Shown here: positions 49,571-59,336 of the stretch, piece after piece
Layout of the letters: every line of letters begins with the position of its first letter
How positions within the stretch are numbered: position 1 is the stretch's first letter
Source of the DNA: an uncultured Gammaproteobacteria bacterium
GTDB lineage: Bacteria; Pseudomonadota; Gammaproteobacteria; UBA9214
Length of the DNA: 64,000 bases
NCBI GenBank assembly: GCA_963748215.1
Contig: CAVVHS010000006.1
Coordinates: forward strand, 448,001 to 512,000
Direction of reading: 5' to 3'
The notes under the pieces: generated by a model
Seen by the model: only the letters and a program-made list of their open reading frames with translations
Database searches by the model: none
What the model was told of the DNA's origin: nothing
Translations under genes and position numbers: made by a program

Positions 49571-50203
49571 ATGGAACACTGGACTGAATACACCCGCTTC
49601 ACGACCGCCTTGCTGGTCATTCTCGACCCCTTTATCGCTATCCCGTTGTTCCTCACGCTGACCCAGGGACAGGATAACCGCCAGCGCATGCGCATCGCCT
49701 TCATCACCAGTGTCAGCGTGGGGGCGGTGCTGATTGCTGCGGCGCTATTCGGCGACAGCCTGCTCGCCTTCATGGGCACCAGCCTGGCTTCGTTTCGCGT
49801 GGGCGGCGGCATTGTACTGCTGCTGATGGCGCTGGCCATGTTGCGCGCCGAGTCTGACAACTTGCGCACCACGTATACCGAGAAGAAGACCGCCGAGGAA
49901 TTGTCCAGTATTGCGGTCGTGCCGCTGGCGATACCGATGCTGGCCGGCCCCGGCGCCATCAGTACCGTGATTATCCAGATGCAGCGTTCCGCCCTGCCCC
50001 TGCACCCGTTCGTGGTTATCGGTTGTATCCTGCTGGTCTGTGTGGTGCTGTGGTTGGTCCTGAGCCTGGCGATGCAGATCGGCACCAGGCTGGGGCGGAT
50101 CGGCATGAGCATCATCGACCGCCTGTTCGGGTTGCTGCTGGCGGCGATATCGATAGAGATCATCGCCAACGGCCTGCGCGGGCTGTTTCCGGTTCTGGGG
50201 TAG
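49571..50203 (+). CDS. MarC-family membrane protein
   Basis: LDPF, SFRVGGGIVL, VVPLAIPMLAGPGAI. Confidence 0.93.
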   Translation: MEHWTEYTRFTTALLVILDPFIAIPLFLTLTQGQDNRQRMRIAFITSVSVGAVLIAAALFGDSLLAFMGTSLASFRVGGGIVLLLMALAMLRAESDNLRTTYTEKKTAEELSSIAVVPLAIPMLAGPGAISTVIIQMQRSALPLHPFVVIGCILLVCVVLWLVLSLAMQIGTRLGRIGMSIIDRLFGLLLAAISIEIIANGLRGLFPVLG

Positions 50204-50206
50204 GAA

Positions 50207-51850
50207 ATGCGAATTGGTATCCATAGTTTACTCTTGCTGGTGCTTGCAATGGTCGGCCAGGTGCAGGCAGAGAGTGCGGCGATGACGGATTATGATCCGC
50301 TCTCCCCCGCCTACCTGGAAGCAATCGATGCGAGGATCGGCGAGGTCACTATCGAGAACGCGAACATCTTCGATCTTGATGACCCAAAGGAAAACAATCT
50401 GCTGTTTCGCACGGCGAACCGGCTGCATATCCGCACGCTGCAGAGGATTATCCGCCGTCAGCTGCTGTTCAAGCCGGGTGACCTGTACTCGCAACGACTG
50501 GCTGATGAATCGGCGCGCATCCTGCGCAGCAACAATTACCTCGCGGATGCACAGATCACGCCGCAGCACTATGCAGATGGCACGGTCGATATTCTCGTGC
50601 ACACCACCGATGTATGGACACTGAAGCCGAGACTCGATTTCGGTCGCAATGGTGGCAAAAACACCGGCACCATCGGCTTCGAGGAAAGCAATCTGCTCGG
50701 AACCGGCATTTCGCTCAGTCTGTTGCATGAGTCGGATATCGATCGTGAATCCAACAGGATCGAGTATCGGGATCGTGAGCTGGGTAACACGCGCTATGGA
50801 TTGCTGGCCGCCTACTCCGACAGCGATGAGGGCAGTGGTTATCAGTTCGACCTGGGGCTGCCGTTTTATGCGCTGGACAGCCGCCGTTCGCACGGCCTGG
50901 CGGTGCTGAACGATGAACGTACCGATTCCCTGTATGACCGTGGTGATCCGCAGGCAGAATTTGGTCACCAGGAAGACAGCTACCGGTTATATGCCGGTTT
51001 CTCATCCGGCCTGCACGCCGGCTGGGTGAAACGCTACAGTGGTGGCCTCGGTTTCGAGGAAGACCGCTTCAGTCCGGGTGGCGACGCCACACTGCCCGCG
51101 GCGGGGATATTGCCGACTGACCGGAAATTCGTGTACCCGTTCCTGGCCGTTGAATTACTTCAGGATGAGTTTTCCGTGCTCAAGAATCACGACCAGATCG
51201 GGCGTGTGGAAGATGTGTTCCATGGCACGCGGCTGAATCTCCAGCTTGGCTATGCAAGTACCGGTCTTGGATCGCTCGACAATGCCGTGCTGCTGGACGC
51301 CGGTGCACACAAGGGCTTCGGCGAGCCGGGTGTCGACAGCCTGTTTACTTCGGCCGACCTGTCGACACGCTGGCAGGACGGGGAGGCGCAAAACCTGTTA
51401 CTGAAGACTGCCGCCAGCTGGTACCACCGTCACTCGCCGCGCCGGCTGCTTTACAGTAGTCTGAACGCCGACATCGGCTCGAATCTCGACCTCGACAACC
51501 TGATTTATCTCGGTGGTGACAATGGCTTGCGTGGCTACCCCCTGCGCTATCAGGGTGGCGACAGCAGCATGCTGTTCACCGTCGAGGAGCGCTATTTCAC
51601 CAACTGGTATCCGTTCCGGCTGTTCCGGATCGGCGGTGCGGTGTTCTTCGATGCCGGTCGTACCTGGGGCGATAACCCGGTGGGCGCGGCAAACCTCGGC
51701 TGGCTCAAGGATGCCGGCTTCGGTCTCAGGATAGGCAATAACCGCAACGGTTCCGGCAGGGTGATCCATGTCGACCTGGCATTCCCGCTCGACGGCGATA
51801 ACAGTATCGACAGCGTGCAGTTCCTGGTCGAGGCCAAGGGATCATTCTGA
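50207..51850 (+). CDS. Omp85/BamA-TamA-like outer-membrane protein
   Basis: POTRA-like IIRRQLLFKPGD; ESNLLGTG; LGGDNGLRGYP; FFDAG; C-terminal Phe. Confidence 0.85.
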   Translation: MRIGIHSLLLLVLAMVGQVQAESAAMTDYDPLSPAYLEAIDARIGEVTIENANIFDLDDPKENNLLFRTANRLHIRTLQRIIRRQLLFKPGDLYSQRLADESARILRSNNYLADAQITPQHYADGTVDILVHTTDVWTLKPRLDFGRNGGKNTGTIGFEESNLLGTGISLSLLHESDIDRESNRIEYRDRELGNTRYGLLAAYSDSDEGSGYQFDLGLPFYALDSRRSHGLAVLNDERTDSLYDRGDPQAEFGHQEDSYRLYAGFSSGLHAGWVKRYSGGLGFEEDRFSPGGDATLPAAGILPTDRKFVYPFLAVELLQDEFSVLKNHDQIGRVEDVFHGTRLNLQLGYASTGLGSLDNAVLLDAGAHKGFGEPGVDSLFTSADLSTRWQDGEAQNLLLKTAASWYHRHSPRRLLYSSLNADIGSNLDLDNLIYLGGDNGLRGYPLRYQGGDSSMLFTVEERYFTNWYPFRLFRIGGAVFFDAGRTWGDNPVGAANLGWLKDAGFGLRIGNNRNGSGRVIHVDLAFPLDGDNSIDSVQFLVEAKGSF

Positions 51851-51943
51851 ACGGCTTGCTGCAATAGCTTGTCCGGACTACCTGACCACGGTGACGGTAC
51901 AGGACGCGTGTGTGTCTGCACGCGCCACGGCAGCGGCGGTCAG

Positions 51944-52837
51944 TCAGCCGGCAACGAGCAGTGCCAGGGCCAGCAGTAACGGTGTCAGCACCGCGGCCCC
52001 GGCATTGGCGGCCAGGTAGAGCGGGTAGCGACCGATGTTGCCGTGATGCCGGACGGCACCGACCAGTGCCACGAACGCCAGCGCCAATGGCGCCAGCGCG
52101 GCCAGCGCCAATCCGGGCAGGAGTTCATAACGCACACCCAGCAGCAAGGTGGCGACGGCCGCACCGGCAGACAGGCCATAGACGACATTGGCTGCCGCCG
52201 TGCCATAGGCTATCGGAAAGTGGTTACGGCCGGCATTCGCATCGGCCTCGATATCGGGATACTGGTTCAACAGCAGCAGGTTGTTGACCAGTAAGAACGG
52301 CACCAGCGCCGTTGTCACCGACGCCGCGGATACGGCACCGGTCAATACGAAATGGGAGCCGATAACCATCAACAGCCCGAATCCCACGCCGGGCGCCAGC
52401 AGGCACAGCCAGGGCGAACGGTTGAGCCAGCGCGTGTAGGTGACGACCACCAGCAGGCCGGTCACGCCGGCGGGCAGCAGCACGAGGCCGCGCAGGTACA
52501 GGAACCAGGCGCCGGCCAGTATGACCACGCCCAGCGACAGCAGGCCGGTGTACAGCACGGTAGCAGCCAGTTCCGGGTGATCCGGCAAGGCCCCGCTACC
52601 GCCGCTGAACGGTGTCCTCTGCGTCTGCAAATCCAGTCCGCTGGTGAAATCATGATATTCATTCAGCGTGTTCACGCTGATATGCGCGAACAGGGCGGCG
52701 ACGAACACCGCGAGCAGCAACGCGGGTTCGATTTGTTCCTGCATGCTGTGTGCCGTGGCATATCCGAGCAGCACGCAGGCCGGTGTCAGCAGCAGGAACG
52801 GCGGGCGCAGGGTCTGTAACAGGGGTGCGATTTGCAT
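51944..52837 (-). CDS. UbiA/MenA-family prenyltransferase
   Basis: RPPFLLL, NTLNEYHDF.SGLD, FSGGSG, NQYPDIEAD. Confidence 0.88.
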   Translation of the reverse strand: MQIAPLLQTLRPPFLLLTPACVLLGYATAHSMQEQIEPALLLAVFVAALFAHISVNTLNEYHDFTSGLDLQTQRTPFSGGSGALPDHPELAATVLYTGLLSLGVVILAGAWFLYLRGLVLLPAGVTGLLVVVTYTRWLNRSPWLCLLAPGVGFGLLMVIGSHFVLTGAVSAASVTTALVPFLLVNNLLLLNQYPDIEADANAGRNHFPIAYGTAAANVVYGLSAGAAVATLLLGVRYELLPGLALAALAPLALAFVALVGAVRHHGNIGRYPLYLAANAGAAVLTPLLLALALLVAG

Positions 52838-52943
52838 GAGCCGAAAGCGGATCTGACCGGGCGTGTTCAGCGCGTCACAGCCTGGCTGTGGCGACAGTCA
52901 CGTACCCGAAACCGTGTGAATCGTGTTACCGGTCGCGGCACTA

Positions 52944-54275
52944 TCACTTGCCGAAACCGGTCAACTGGTACTTTTGCAGCTTGCGGTACAGGGTGCGTTC
53001 ACTGATACCCAGTTCCTCCGCTACCTTGCGCCGGTGGCCGCGGTACTTTTCCAGCATGAACGAGATTTGCTCGGATTCCATCTGCTTCAGCGAGCGCGCG
53101 TTGCCACTTCCCGGTGGAGGCCTGGTCTCGGGGCGTTCGTCGAACCGGATGTGTTCCGCCTTGATATGCCCGTCGGTACACAGCGACACCGCCCGTTGCA
53201 GGGTATTGCGCAGTTCGCGGATATTTCCGGGGTAGTCATGATTCAACAGGATATTGCGCGCATCCTCGTTGATATGGCAGCGGTAGGCAGCCGGATTCCG
53301 CATGCGCACCAGCAGCGCATCGGCAAGCGCCGGGATGTCATCCGTGCGCTCGCGCAGCGACGGGATCTTGTGCACGATGCCTGCAAGACGGTAATAGAGG
53401 TCGGAGCGGAAGGTGTTCTCCTGGATCTTTGCCAGCAGGTCATAATGCGTGGCAGTGATTATCCGTACATTCGATTTCAGCAGTTCGCGACCGCCGACCC
53501 GGCGAAAATGACCGGTTTCAATGGCGTTGAGCACTCGCCCCTGCAATCCCAGTGGCAAGTCGCCCACCTCGTCCAGGAACAGGGTGCCACCGTCGGCCTG
53601 GTCCAGCAGGCCGCGTCGGCGACCGACACAGCCAGCGAAGGCGCCGCGTTCGTGTCCGAACAGCTCGCTCTCGAACAGTGCCTCGTTGATTGCGCTGCAG
53701 TCAACTGTGATAAAGGCCCGACCGCTCCTGCCGGAGCGGTTGTGGATGTAGCTGGCAGCGAGACTCTTGCCCGCGCCGCTCTCGCCGACCAGCAGGATAT
53801 TGACGTCCGAGTCCGCCGCGGTCGACAGTCCTTCGATGCAGTGCCTGAAGGCCACGGATCTGCCGATCAGTTTCTGCTCCTCGCAATCGAGTTCGGTGGC
53901 CTTCGCCAGGCGGATGACTTCCTCGCCAACATAGCGCGTGCCATCCGCACCGAGGATCGGATGGCCCTTGATCCGCACATGTTCGGGTTGATTGTGCTGG
54001 TCGAAATGTATATGCAGAACCTCGTAGCGTTCGTTGGTCTCCATAACCTTGGAGAGCGGACAGTCCTCGTTGTTCATGAAACACGGCGTATCGAAATGAT
54101 GGGAGACCCTATGGCATTTGTGCCCGACCACCTTGTCATCGGTGGTTGCGTAGGAATCGCGGTAGGCCCTGTTGGCGGCAACAATGGTGAAGTTCTCGTC
54201 TATCAGGACAAAGGGATTCGAGTGCGAGTCGATAATTGACTGCAGGCTCAGGTCGGGCTTGCGTGGTTTATCCAT
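52944..54275 (-). CDS. PAS + sigma54-type AAA+ + Fis-HTH transcriptional regulator
   Basis: GESGAGKS, ESELFGHERGAFAGC, FLDEVG, FRSDLYYRL, PGNIREL, LGISERTLYRKL. Confidence 0.93.
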   Translation of the reverse strand: MDKPRKPDLSLQSIIDSHSNPFVLIDENFTIVAANRAYRDSYATTDDKVVGHKCHRVSHHFDTPCFMNNEDCPLSKVMETNERYEVLHIHFDQHNQPEHVRIKGHPILGADGTRYVGEEVIRLAKATELDCEEQKLIGRSVAFRHCIEGLSTAADSDVNILLVGESGAGKSLAASYIHNRSGRSGRAFITVDCSAINEALFESELFGHERGAFAGCVGRRRGLLDQADGGTLFLDEVGDLPLGLQGRVLNAIETGHFRRVGGRELLKSNVRIITATHYDLLAKIQENTFRSDLYYRLAGIVHKIPSLRERTDDIPALADALLVRMRNPAAYRCHINEDARNILLNHDYPGNIRELRNTLQRAVSLCTDGHIKAEHIRFDERPETRPPPGSGNARSLKQMESEQISFMLEKYRGHRRKVAEELGISERTLYRKLQKYQLTGFGK

Positions 54276-54523
54276 GGCGGAACATCCCCCGGATATTCGT
54301 CAGAATGCTTATTCTCAAAAAAGCATAGCCCCAATTCCGCTAACTGACAAATTGACAGGATGCCGAGGCCAGTATGAATATTATAAATCTGAAATTACTG
54401 TGTGTTGCAGCAATTTATTCGAATCTTCATGAAATATGGCGGGGTTGCAGATGGCCATCCCGGCAGACACTCGCTATGCTGCTGCCATGCCTGCCCGGAC
54501 GGGATAGGGTCCGGGGCGCGCCA

Positions 54524-55069
54524 TCAGTCGGGGTAGATGGCCAGTTCGCGTTCGTGCTGATGCTGTTGCGGGTCGGCTATGGATTCGATACCGCGGATGG
54601 TGGCGATATAGGCATCCTGCAAGCCGTGTTCGATTGCGCCGCGCAGAACGTGTTCCCGGTACCAGTGAAAGGGACGCAGGCGTGCATCGATCCGGGTGGC
54701 GCAATAGGTGAAGGCTCGGTAATTCGTGCCGTTTTTACCGAGCACGGTTACCGTTTTCACGTCGTAACCGTTTCCCAGTCCTTCACATTCATCCAGGCAC
54801 GGCTTCTCGGCTGCGGCGATCCTGTACACCACGCCGTGGAGCTCGTCGTGATCCTGACCGGTATAAAAGGCATCACATTTAGCCGAGCCATCCCTGCCAC
54901 GCTTGTGGAAGCGCAAGGCATGCGCCGGCAGGCAGGCCACGGCAACGGCGCGTGCGGAGACGACGCGATTGAGCAGTCGCGGGGTCGACATGTTCGAGCC
55001 ATAGGCGAAGTAGAACAGCACGGGCGGATCATGCTGTATCTCATGCGTATTCAACTCGACGTGATTCAT
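54524..55069 (-). CDS. gamma-glutamylcyclotransferase family protein
   Basis: YFAYGSNM, DGSAKCD, LDECEG; start uncertain. Confidence 0.85.
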   Translation of the reverse strand: MNHVELNTHEIQHDPPVLFYFAYGSNMSTPRLLNRVVSARAVAVACLPAHALRFHKRGRDGSAKCDAFYTGQDHDELHGVVYRIAAAEKPCLDECEGLGNGYDVKTVTVLGKNGTNYRAFTYCATRIDARLRPFHWYREHVLRGAIEHGLQDAYIATIRGIESIADPQQHQHERELAIYPD

Positions 55070-55177
55070 GTCAGTCGTGCCGGTCATCGGCATACGGTAG
55101 CACAGCGGACTGCCGGCGTGCATGGCTGTATCGGGATCAGACGGCCCTTGCAGCCGCACCGATCCGGCGCGGTGCTG

Positions 55178-55654
55178 CTAGCCGGATTTGCGATAGGTAC
55201 CGATCACTTCTGCCTGTGCGATAACGTGCCCCTCCATGGCGGCCTCTACTTCGCTCTTCGCGGGCCTGGGCATGACGGGCAGGACGACATCCAGTGCATA
55301 GAGCTTGTGGAAATAGCGGTGCTGCCCTACCGGCGGGCAGGGGCCGCCATAGCCGGTGCGGTTCCAGCTGTTGATGCCTTCCTGTGTGCCCGGTGGCAGG
55401 TCTGATGGCATGCAATCTTCCGGCAGGCCGCGCGTGCCGGGTGGCATGTTATACAGCACCCAGTGTACCCAGGTCGTACGCGGGGCCTCCGGGTCCGGCG
55501 CATCCGGATCATCGACGATCAGCACCAGACTGCGCGTCGTGTCGGGAACGCCGCTCCATGCCAGTGGTGGCGCGCGGTTCCTGCCTTCACAGGTGTAACG
55601 GGCAGGGATTTCACCACCCGGTATAAAGGCAGCAGAACCGAGTGTCATTGCCAT
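55178..55654 (-). CDS. YbhB/YbcL (PEBP) family protein
   Basis: DDPDAP, WVHWVLYN, YGGPCPP.G.HRY. Confidence 0.93.
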   Translation of the reverse strand: MAMTLGSAAFIPGGEIPARYTCEGRNRAPPLAWSGVPDTTRSLVLIVDDPDAPDPEAPRTTWVHWVLYNMPPGTRGLPEDCMPSDLPPGTQEGINSWNRTGYGGPCPPVGQHRYFHKLYALDVVLPVMPRPAKSEVEAAMEGHVIAQAEVIGTYRKSG

Positions 55655-55728
55655 GGCCGCCTCCGCAGGATTCGGGTCGACACCGGAAGCATAGCTCAAA
55701 ACACTGCCCGTGATATGCCTGTGCCGAT

Positions 55729-56034
55729 TCAGCGCTGCGGCTTTCTGCCGTACAGCAGGCGCAGTTCATCCTTGGCCCGTTCCAGGATGCGTCGCTGTTT
55801 CCCGTCCAGCTTGCTGCCGGCGCGATTGATGTAAAACACCAGCATCGACATGGCCGAGCGAAACGGCGGACTCTTGCGCCGGCTGCTCGATTCGGCCGAG
55901 CGCTGCAATGACCGGGCGATCTTTTTCGGGTCCGTCCACGTGAACACGCCCTCCTCCAGCTCCAGCGCATTGCTCTCCCGGGTAACCTTGCCGGACCAGC
56001 GCGTGACGGGGGCTGTTTTCGGTTTGCTTGTCAT
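55729..56034 (-). CDS. DUF3175-family protein
   Basis: WSGKVT..SNALELE.GVF, SAMSML.FYINRAG. Confidence 0.85.
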   Translation of the reverse strand: MTSKPKTAPVTRWSGKVTRESNALELEEGVFTWTDPKKIARSLQRSAESSSRRKSPPFRSAMSMLVFYINRAGSKLDGKQRRILERAKDELRLLYGRKPQR

Positions 56035-56070
56035 CGGTCAGGACCCGGCGCTGGAAACCGGCCGCCGGGA

Positions 56071-56601
56071 TCATGAAATAACACGATAACCGCCGACCGG
56101 AATAGCATCCAGTGACCACTCCCCCACCCGGTAGCGGATAAGCCGCAGCGTCGGATATCCGACGTGTGCGGTCATGCGCCGCACCTGCCGGTTGCGGCCT
56201 TCGGTTATGGTCAGGTCCAGCCAGCTGGTCGGGATGGCCTTGCGACTGCGGATCGGCGGATCGCGCGGCCAGATGTCGGGAGGCTCGATCAGCGTCACTT
56301 CGGCCGGGCGCGTCATGCCGTCCCTGAGCGCTACGCCACTGCGCAGTTTTTCGAGTGCCTGCGCATCGGGTATCCCCTCGACCTGCACCCGGTAGCCTTT
56401 CGCCTTGGCGAACCCGGGATTGCTGATGCGCTGTTGCAGGCGGCCGTCGTTTGTAAGCACCAACAGGCCCTCGCTGTCGTAGTCGAGCCGCCCGGCGCAG
56501 TAGACGCCGGGTATGTCGATGTAGTCAGCGAGCGTGTTCTTGTCACCCTCGCCGGTGAACTGCGACAGCACCCTGAAGGGTTTGTTGAACAGGATAATCA
56601 C
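56071..56601 (-). CDS. rluE: 23S rRNA pseudouridine synthase
   Basis: [34 protein letters not shown]. Confidence 0.9.
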   Translation of the reverse strand: MIILFNKPFRVLSQFTGEGDKNTLADYIDIPGVYCAGRLDYDSEGLLVLTNDGRLQQRISNPGFAKAKGYRVQVEGIPDAQALEKLRSGVALRDGMTRPAEVTLIEPPDIWPRDPPIRSRKAIPTSWLDLTITEGRNRQVRRMTAHVGYPTLRLIRYRVGEWSLDAIPVGGYRVIS

Positions 56602-56845
56602 AAATGATGAATGAGCCGGTCACAGCATGGAACGGCATGTAGACAAAAGTCTAGCTGTCGAGTTTCGCCGCAGGTATTTCGTACAGGCATCAGCCATATA
56701 GCCGTGAACGCATGACGCCATGTTTGCCCGAAGCATCCGGTTGCAGCATGGAACATAGCGATGCGTCATAGATGCGTCATATTTGTCAGGGGTTGTAACG
56801 GATGCGTCAGGGTTTAGAATAACACGCGTTTTGTTGATACAGGAC

Positions 56846-56859
56846 TTGACCAATATCAA
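56846..56859. promoter_or_regulatory. FNR-type box
   Basis: TTGAC-CAAT-ATCAA (9/10), about 60 bp upstream of the 105-aa membrane protein. Confidence 0.5.
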
Positions 56860-56917
56860 TGAAAATATTGCACTGACTGGCATTATCCACACACCAATTC
56901 ATGCAAGGAGATGAGAT

Positions 56918-57235
56918 ATGGGTGAAACAGGCAAATTGGCGAAACTGCTGAGCACCAGCAGGGACCGCCATGAAATCGAGGACTGGATGTTCACGCTGAC
57001 CCCGCTGGGTGTTGCGTTCGTGTTCTTTATCGTCTTCATCCTGAGCTCGGATATCACCAACAAGAGTCTCGTCATGGTGGTTGGCACCGCGGCAGGATTT
57101 GTCGGCCTGCAGAGCTACTGGGTCTTCAGAGGCTGGCGCAAGAATCACGCAATCACGGTACTGATGGGCCTGCTCAGTATCGCACTGGTACTGGGGCTCG
57201 TCTGGTTCTATACACAGTTCAGTCTGCTGGTGTAA
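56918..57235 (+). CDS. hypothetical three-TM membrane protein
   Basis: 105 aa, AAGGAG RBS, three hydrophobic segments. Confidence 0.8.
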   Translation: MGETGKLAKLLSTSRDRHEIEDWMFTLTPLGVAFVFFIVFILSSDITNKSLVMVVGTAAGFVGLQSYWVFRGWRKNHAITVLMGLLSIALVLGLVWFYTQFSLLV

Positions 57236-57330
57236 ATCAGGGCGGTGACGGCCGGATCCGGCCGTCACGCCCCTTCCTCCTTCATGCGGCCGTCGTCGCC
57301 GTGCCAGGCGCCGGGATATCCTGACGGCAA

Positions 57331-57912
57331 TTACCGCTTTTCATCGACACAGGGGCAAACCGCCGTGCCACCCCGTTCGATCCAGCCATGGAGCATTCGC
57401 CCGGGCGTGAACCGGCTGGCACATCGGCCGGTGGCATCGATGACGATAACACCGCCCCGTCCGCTGACTTTTCGTACCAGGTAGTCGATACCGGCACTGG
57501 CCGCGCGGGCGGCGTCGTGGCCCTGCAGTTCGATCAAGTCGGCGATGGTCTTCGCCAGCACGGTGCGCATGAAATCCTCGCCGTGGCCGGTCGTGGACAC
57601 GGCGTAGCTGGCATTGTCGGCATACACGCCCGCGCTGAGGTCGCACCCGTCCATGATGGCCGCATCCATTTCGACCTTGCCGTGTTCGTTGAGCATCGAC
57701 CCGCGGCCGGCGTTGAACAGCGGATCGTCCTCGAGCAGGCTTGCACAACGCTCGACTGCCTGCAGGGCGGTGCCCCCGGTGGCCAGGATGCCCGGGCCCT
57801 GCGCCAGTATGCCTTGTACACAGTCCATGCAGGCAGCACGATCCACGGCGCGCTGTGCTTCTTCCGCGGTCACGGCGCCGCCATGGATCATCAGCGAGTA
57901 GCTTGCTGTCAC
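57331..57912 (-). pseudogene. isoaspartyl peptidase/L-asparaginase with in-frame internal deletion
   Basis: IHGGA, LEDDPLFNAGRG, EMDAAIMDG joined directly to VYADN..AVSTTGHGE; the catalytic TVG/TSTGG/GRVGD segment is absent. Confidence 0.8.
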
Positions 57913-57960
57913 GTCGACGGCCCCGCAGTTGATGCCTGCAGGTGATATAGCACCGCGCTG

Positions 57961-58233
57961 CTAGGCTTTGAGCAGGGTCCAGACACCGATACCGATAAAG
58001 CCCGCCGCGGCGACATAGCGCAGGACTTTTTCGCTGATGTATTCGGCCACCAGCCCGCCGGCAAGCACGCCGATACCGGATGCCACGATCAGGGCCAGCG
58101 AGGCCCCGAAAAACACCGTCAGCTTGCTGACCTCCCTGTCGGCCGCAAACAGCATGGTCGCCAGCTGGGTCTTGTCGCCGAGCTCGGCGATGAAAACAGC
58201 GCTAAATACGGTCAGCAGGATTTTATAGTCCAC
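57961..58233 (-). CDS. TMEM165/GDT1 family protein (single repeat)
   Basis: FIAELGDKTQLAT motif; probable GTG start. Confidence 0.92.
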   Translation of the reverse strand: MDYKILLTVFSAVFIAELGDKTQLATMLFAADREVSKLTVFFGASLALIVASGIGVLAGGLVAEYISEKVLRYVAAAGFIGIGVWTLLKA

Positions 58234-58653
58234 GACATTATTTTCTCCGGAAATGCATTGCACTCGCGACTCGTCCGGTAGTGACCTGTTGTCCCTGTAC
58301 AGGCTGTCGCGCAGCCGGTGGCAGCAGGTCCCGGCGCACCGGTCGCTTGCAGTATAGCCCCGCTGCGGCGCCATGGTTACCCGTTAAGCGGGCGCATCAC
58401 TGTCGCAGAGCGCAGCGCTTCGAAGCGCTGCCTGCTTTGATCCCGGGCAAGCCAGCCAGCACCGTTCGCTGGTCAGGACGTTTGGCGGGAGCCGCGTGCC
58501 GGCCCGGGTTGAGTACGGCGCATGTTGGGTCGCGTGCCTGGCCAGGCGGATACGGCTGGCAGGGCGGGGATCAGGCCAATTGCACCGAAACCATCCGCGG
58601 AAGGTGCCGGTAACCTTTGGCTCCCGTTGTTCTGTTAGCGGCCCTGTTTTCAG

Positions 58654-59085
58654 TTACGGATAAATGCGCCGGTAGCGGTAGCTGACGTCAGGCCGCATCT
58701 GTTCATATTGCTTGCTGCGCGCCTCTGCCATGTCGCGGTACCACTGGCTGCGCGCCTTGTTCCACTGCCGGCGCTCCTCTGCCGCGGGGTTATTCCACCA
58801 GCGGCGCTGGCTCTGCCAGCGTTCCATGTTCTCCCGCCGGACCCTGGCGGCTTCCCTGATTTGCGCAATGCGCCGGTTTTGCTCGGCGTGCCTGCTGTAG
58901 CGATGACGGGTGCGCGATTGCTCCTCCGTCGCGGACGACTCCGCGGCGGGGGCTTCCGCCGCAGGCTCTGCGGCGGTGCCGGTCTCTGCGGCCAGGGCTG
59001 TGTGCAGCGTAGCGCCGCTGCCGTACAGGGCAAGTGCGACCAGCATAGCGGTCAGGGTGGATGTCGATTTGTCAGGTTTGTTCAT
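58654..59085 (-). CDS. hypothetical exported protein, Arg/Glu-rich helical
   Basis: AGGAG RBS; signal-peptide-like N-terminus; Ala/Glu linker; charged helix. Confidence 0.65.
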   Translation of the reverse strand: MNKPDKSTSTLTAMLVALALYGSGATLHTALAAETGTAAEPAAEAPAAESSATEEQSRTRHRYSRHAEQNRRIAQIREAARVRRENMERWQSQRRWWNNPAAEERRQWNKARSQWYRDMAEARSKQYEQMRPDVSYRYRRIYP

Positions 59086-59336
59086 GATGTTCTCCTGGCT
59101 CGACGCCGCGCCGGGGCCGGGCAATAGTGACTGGGACGATACGACCCTACCGCCAACCGCTCCCTGATATCCTTGACGCGCATCAAACCGGGACGGTTTC
59201 AGCCCGTGAACGGCAGCCGGTCAGGGTCCAGCAGCGAGAGGCCGCCGCGTTGCAGCCTGGCCAGTTCACGCTGTTCGTATTCATTCAGCAGTCGACTGAT
59301 ACCCCGCTCCAGGTTGCTGTGCCGAGAGTGCCGGGT

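Noticed and set aside
58234-58650. yybP-ykoY manganese riboswitch upstream of the TMEM165/GDT1 gene
   Set aside because: Could not find the expected GGGGAGTAG and GAGACC elements on the coding strand
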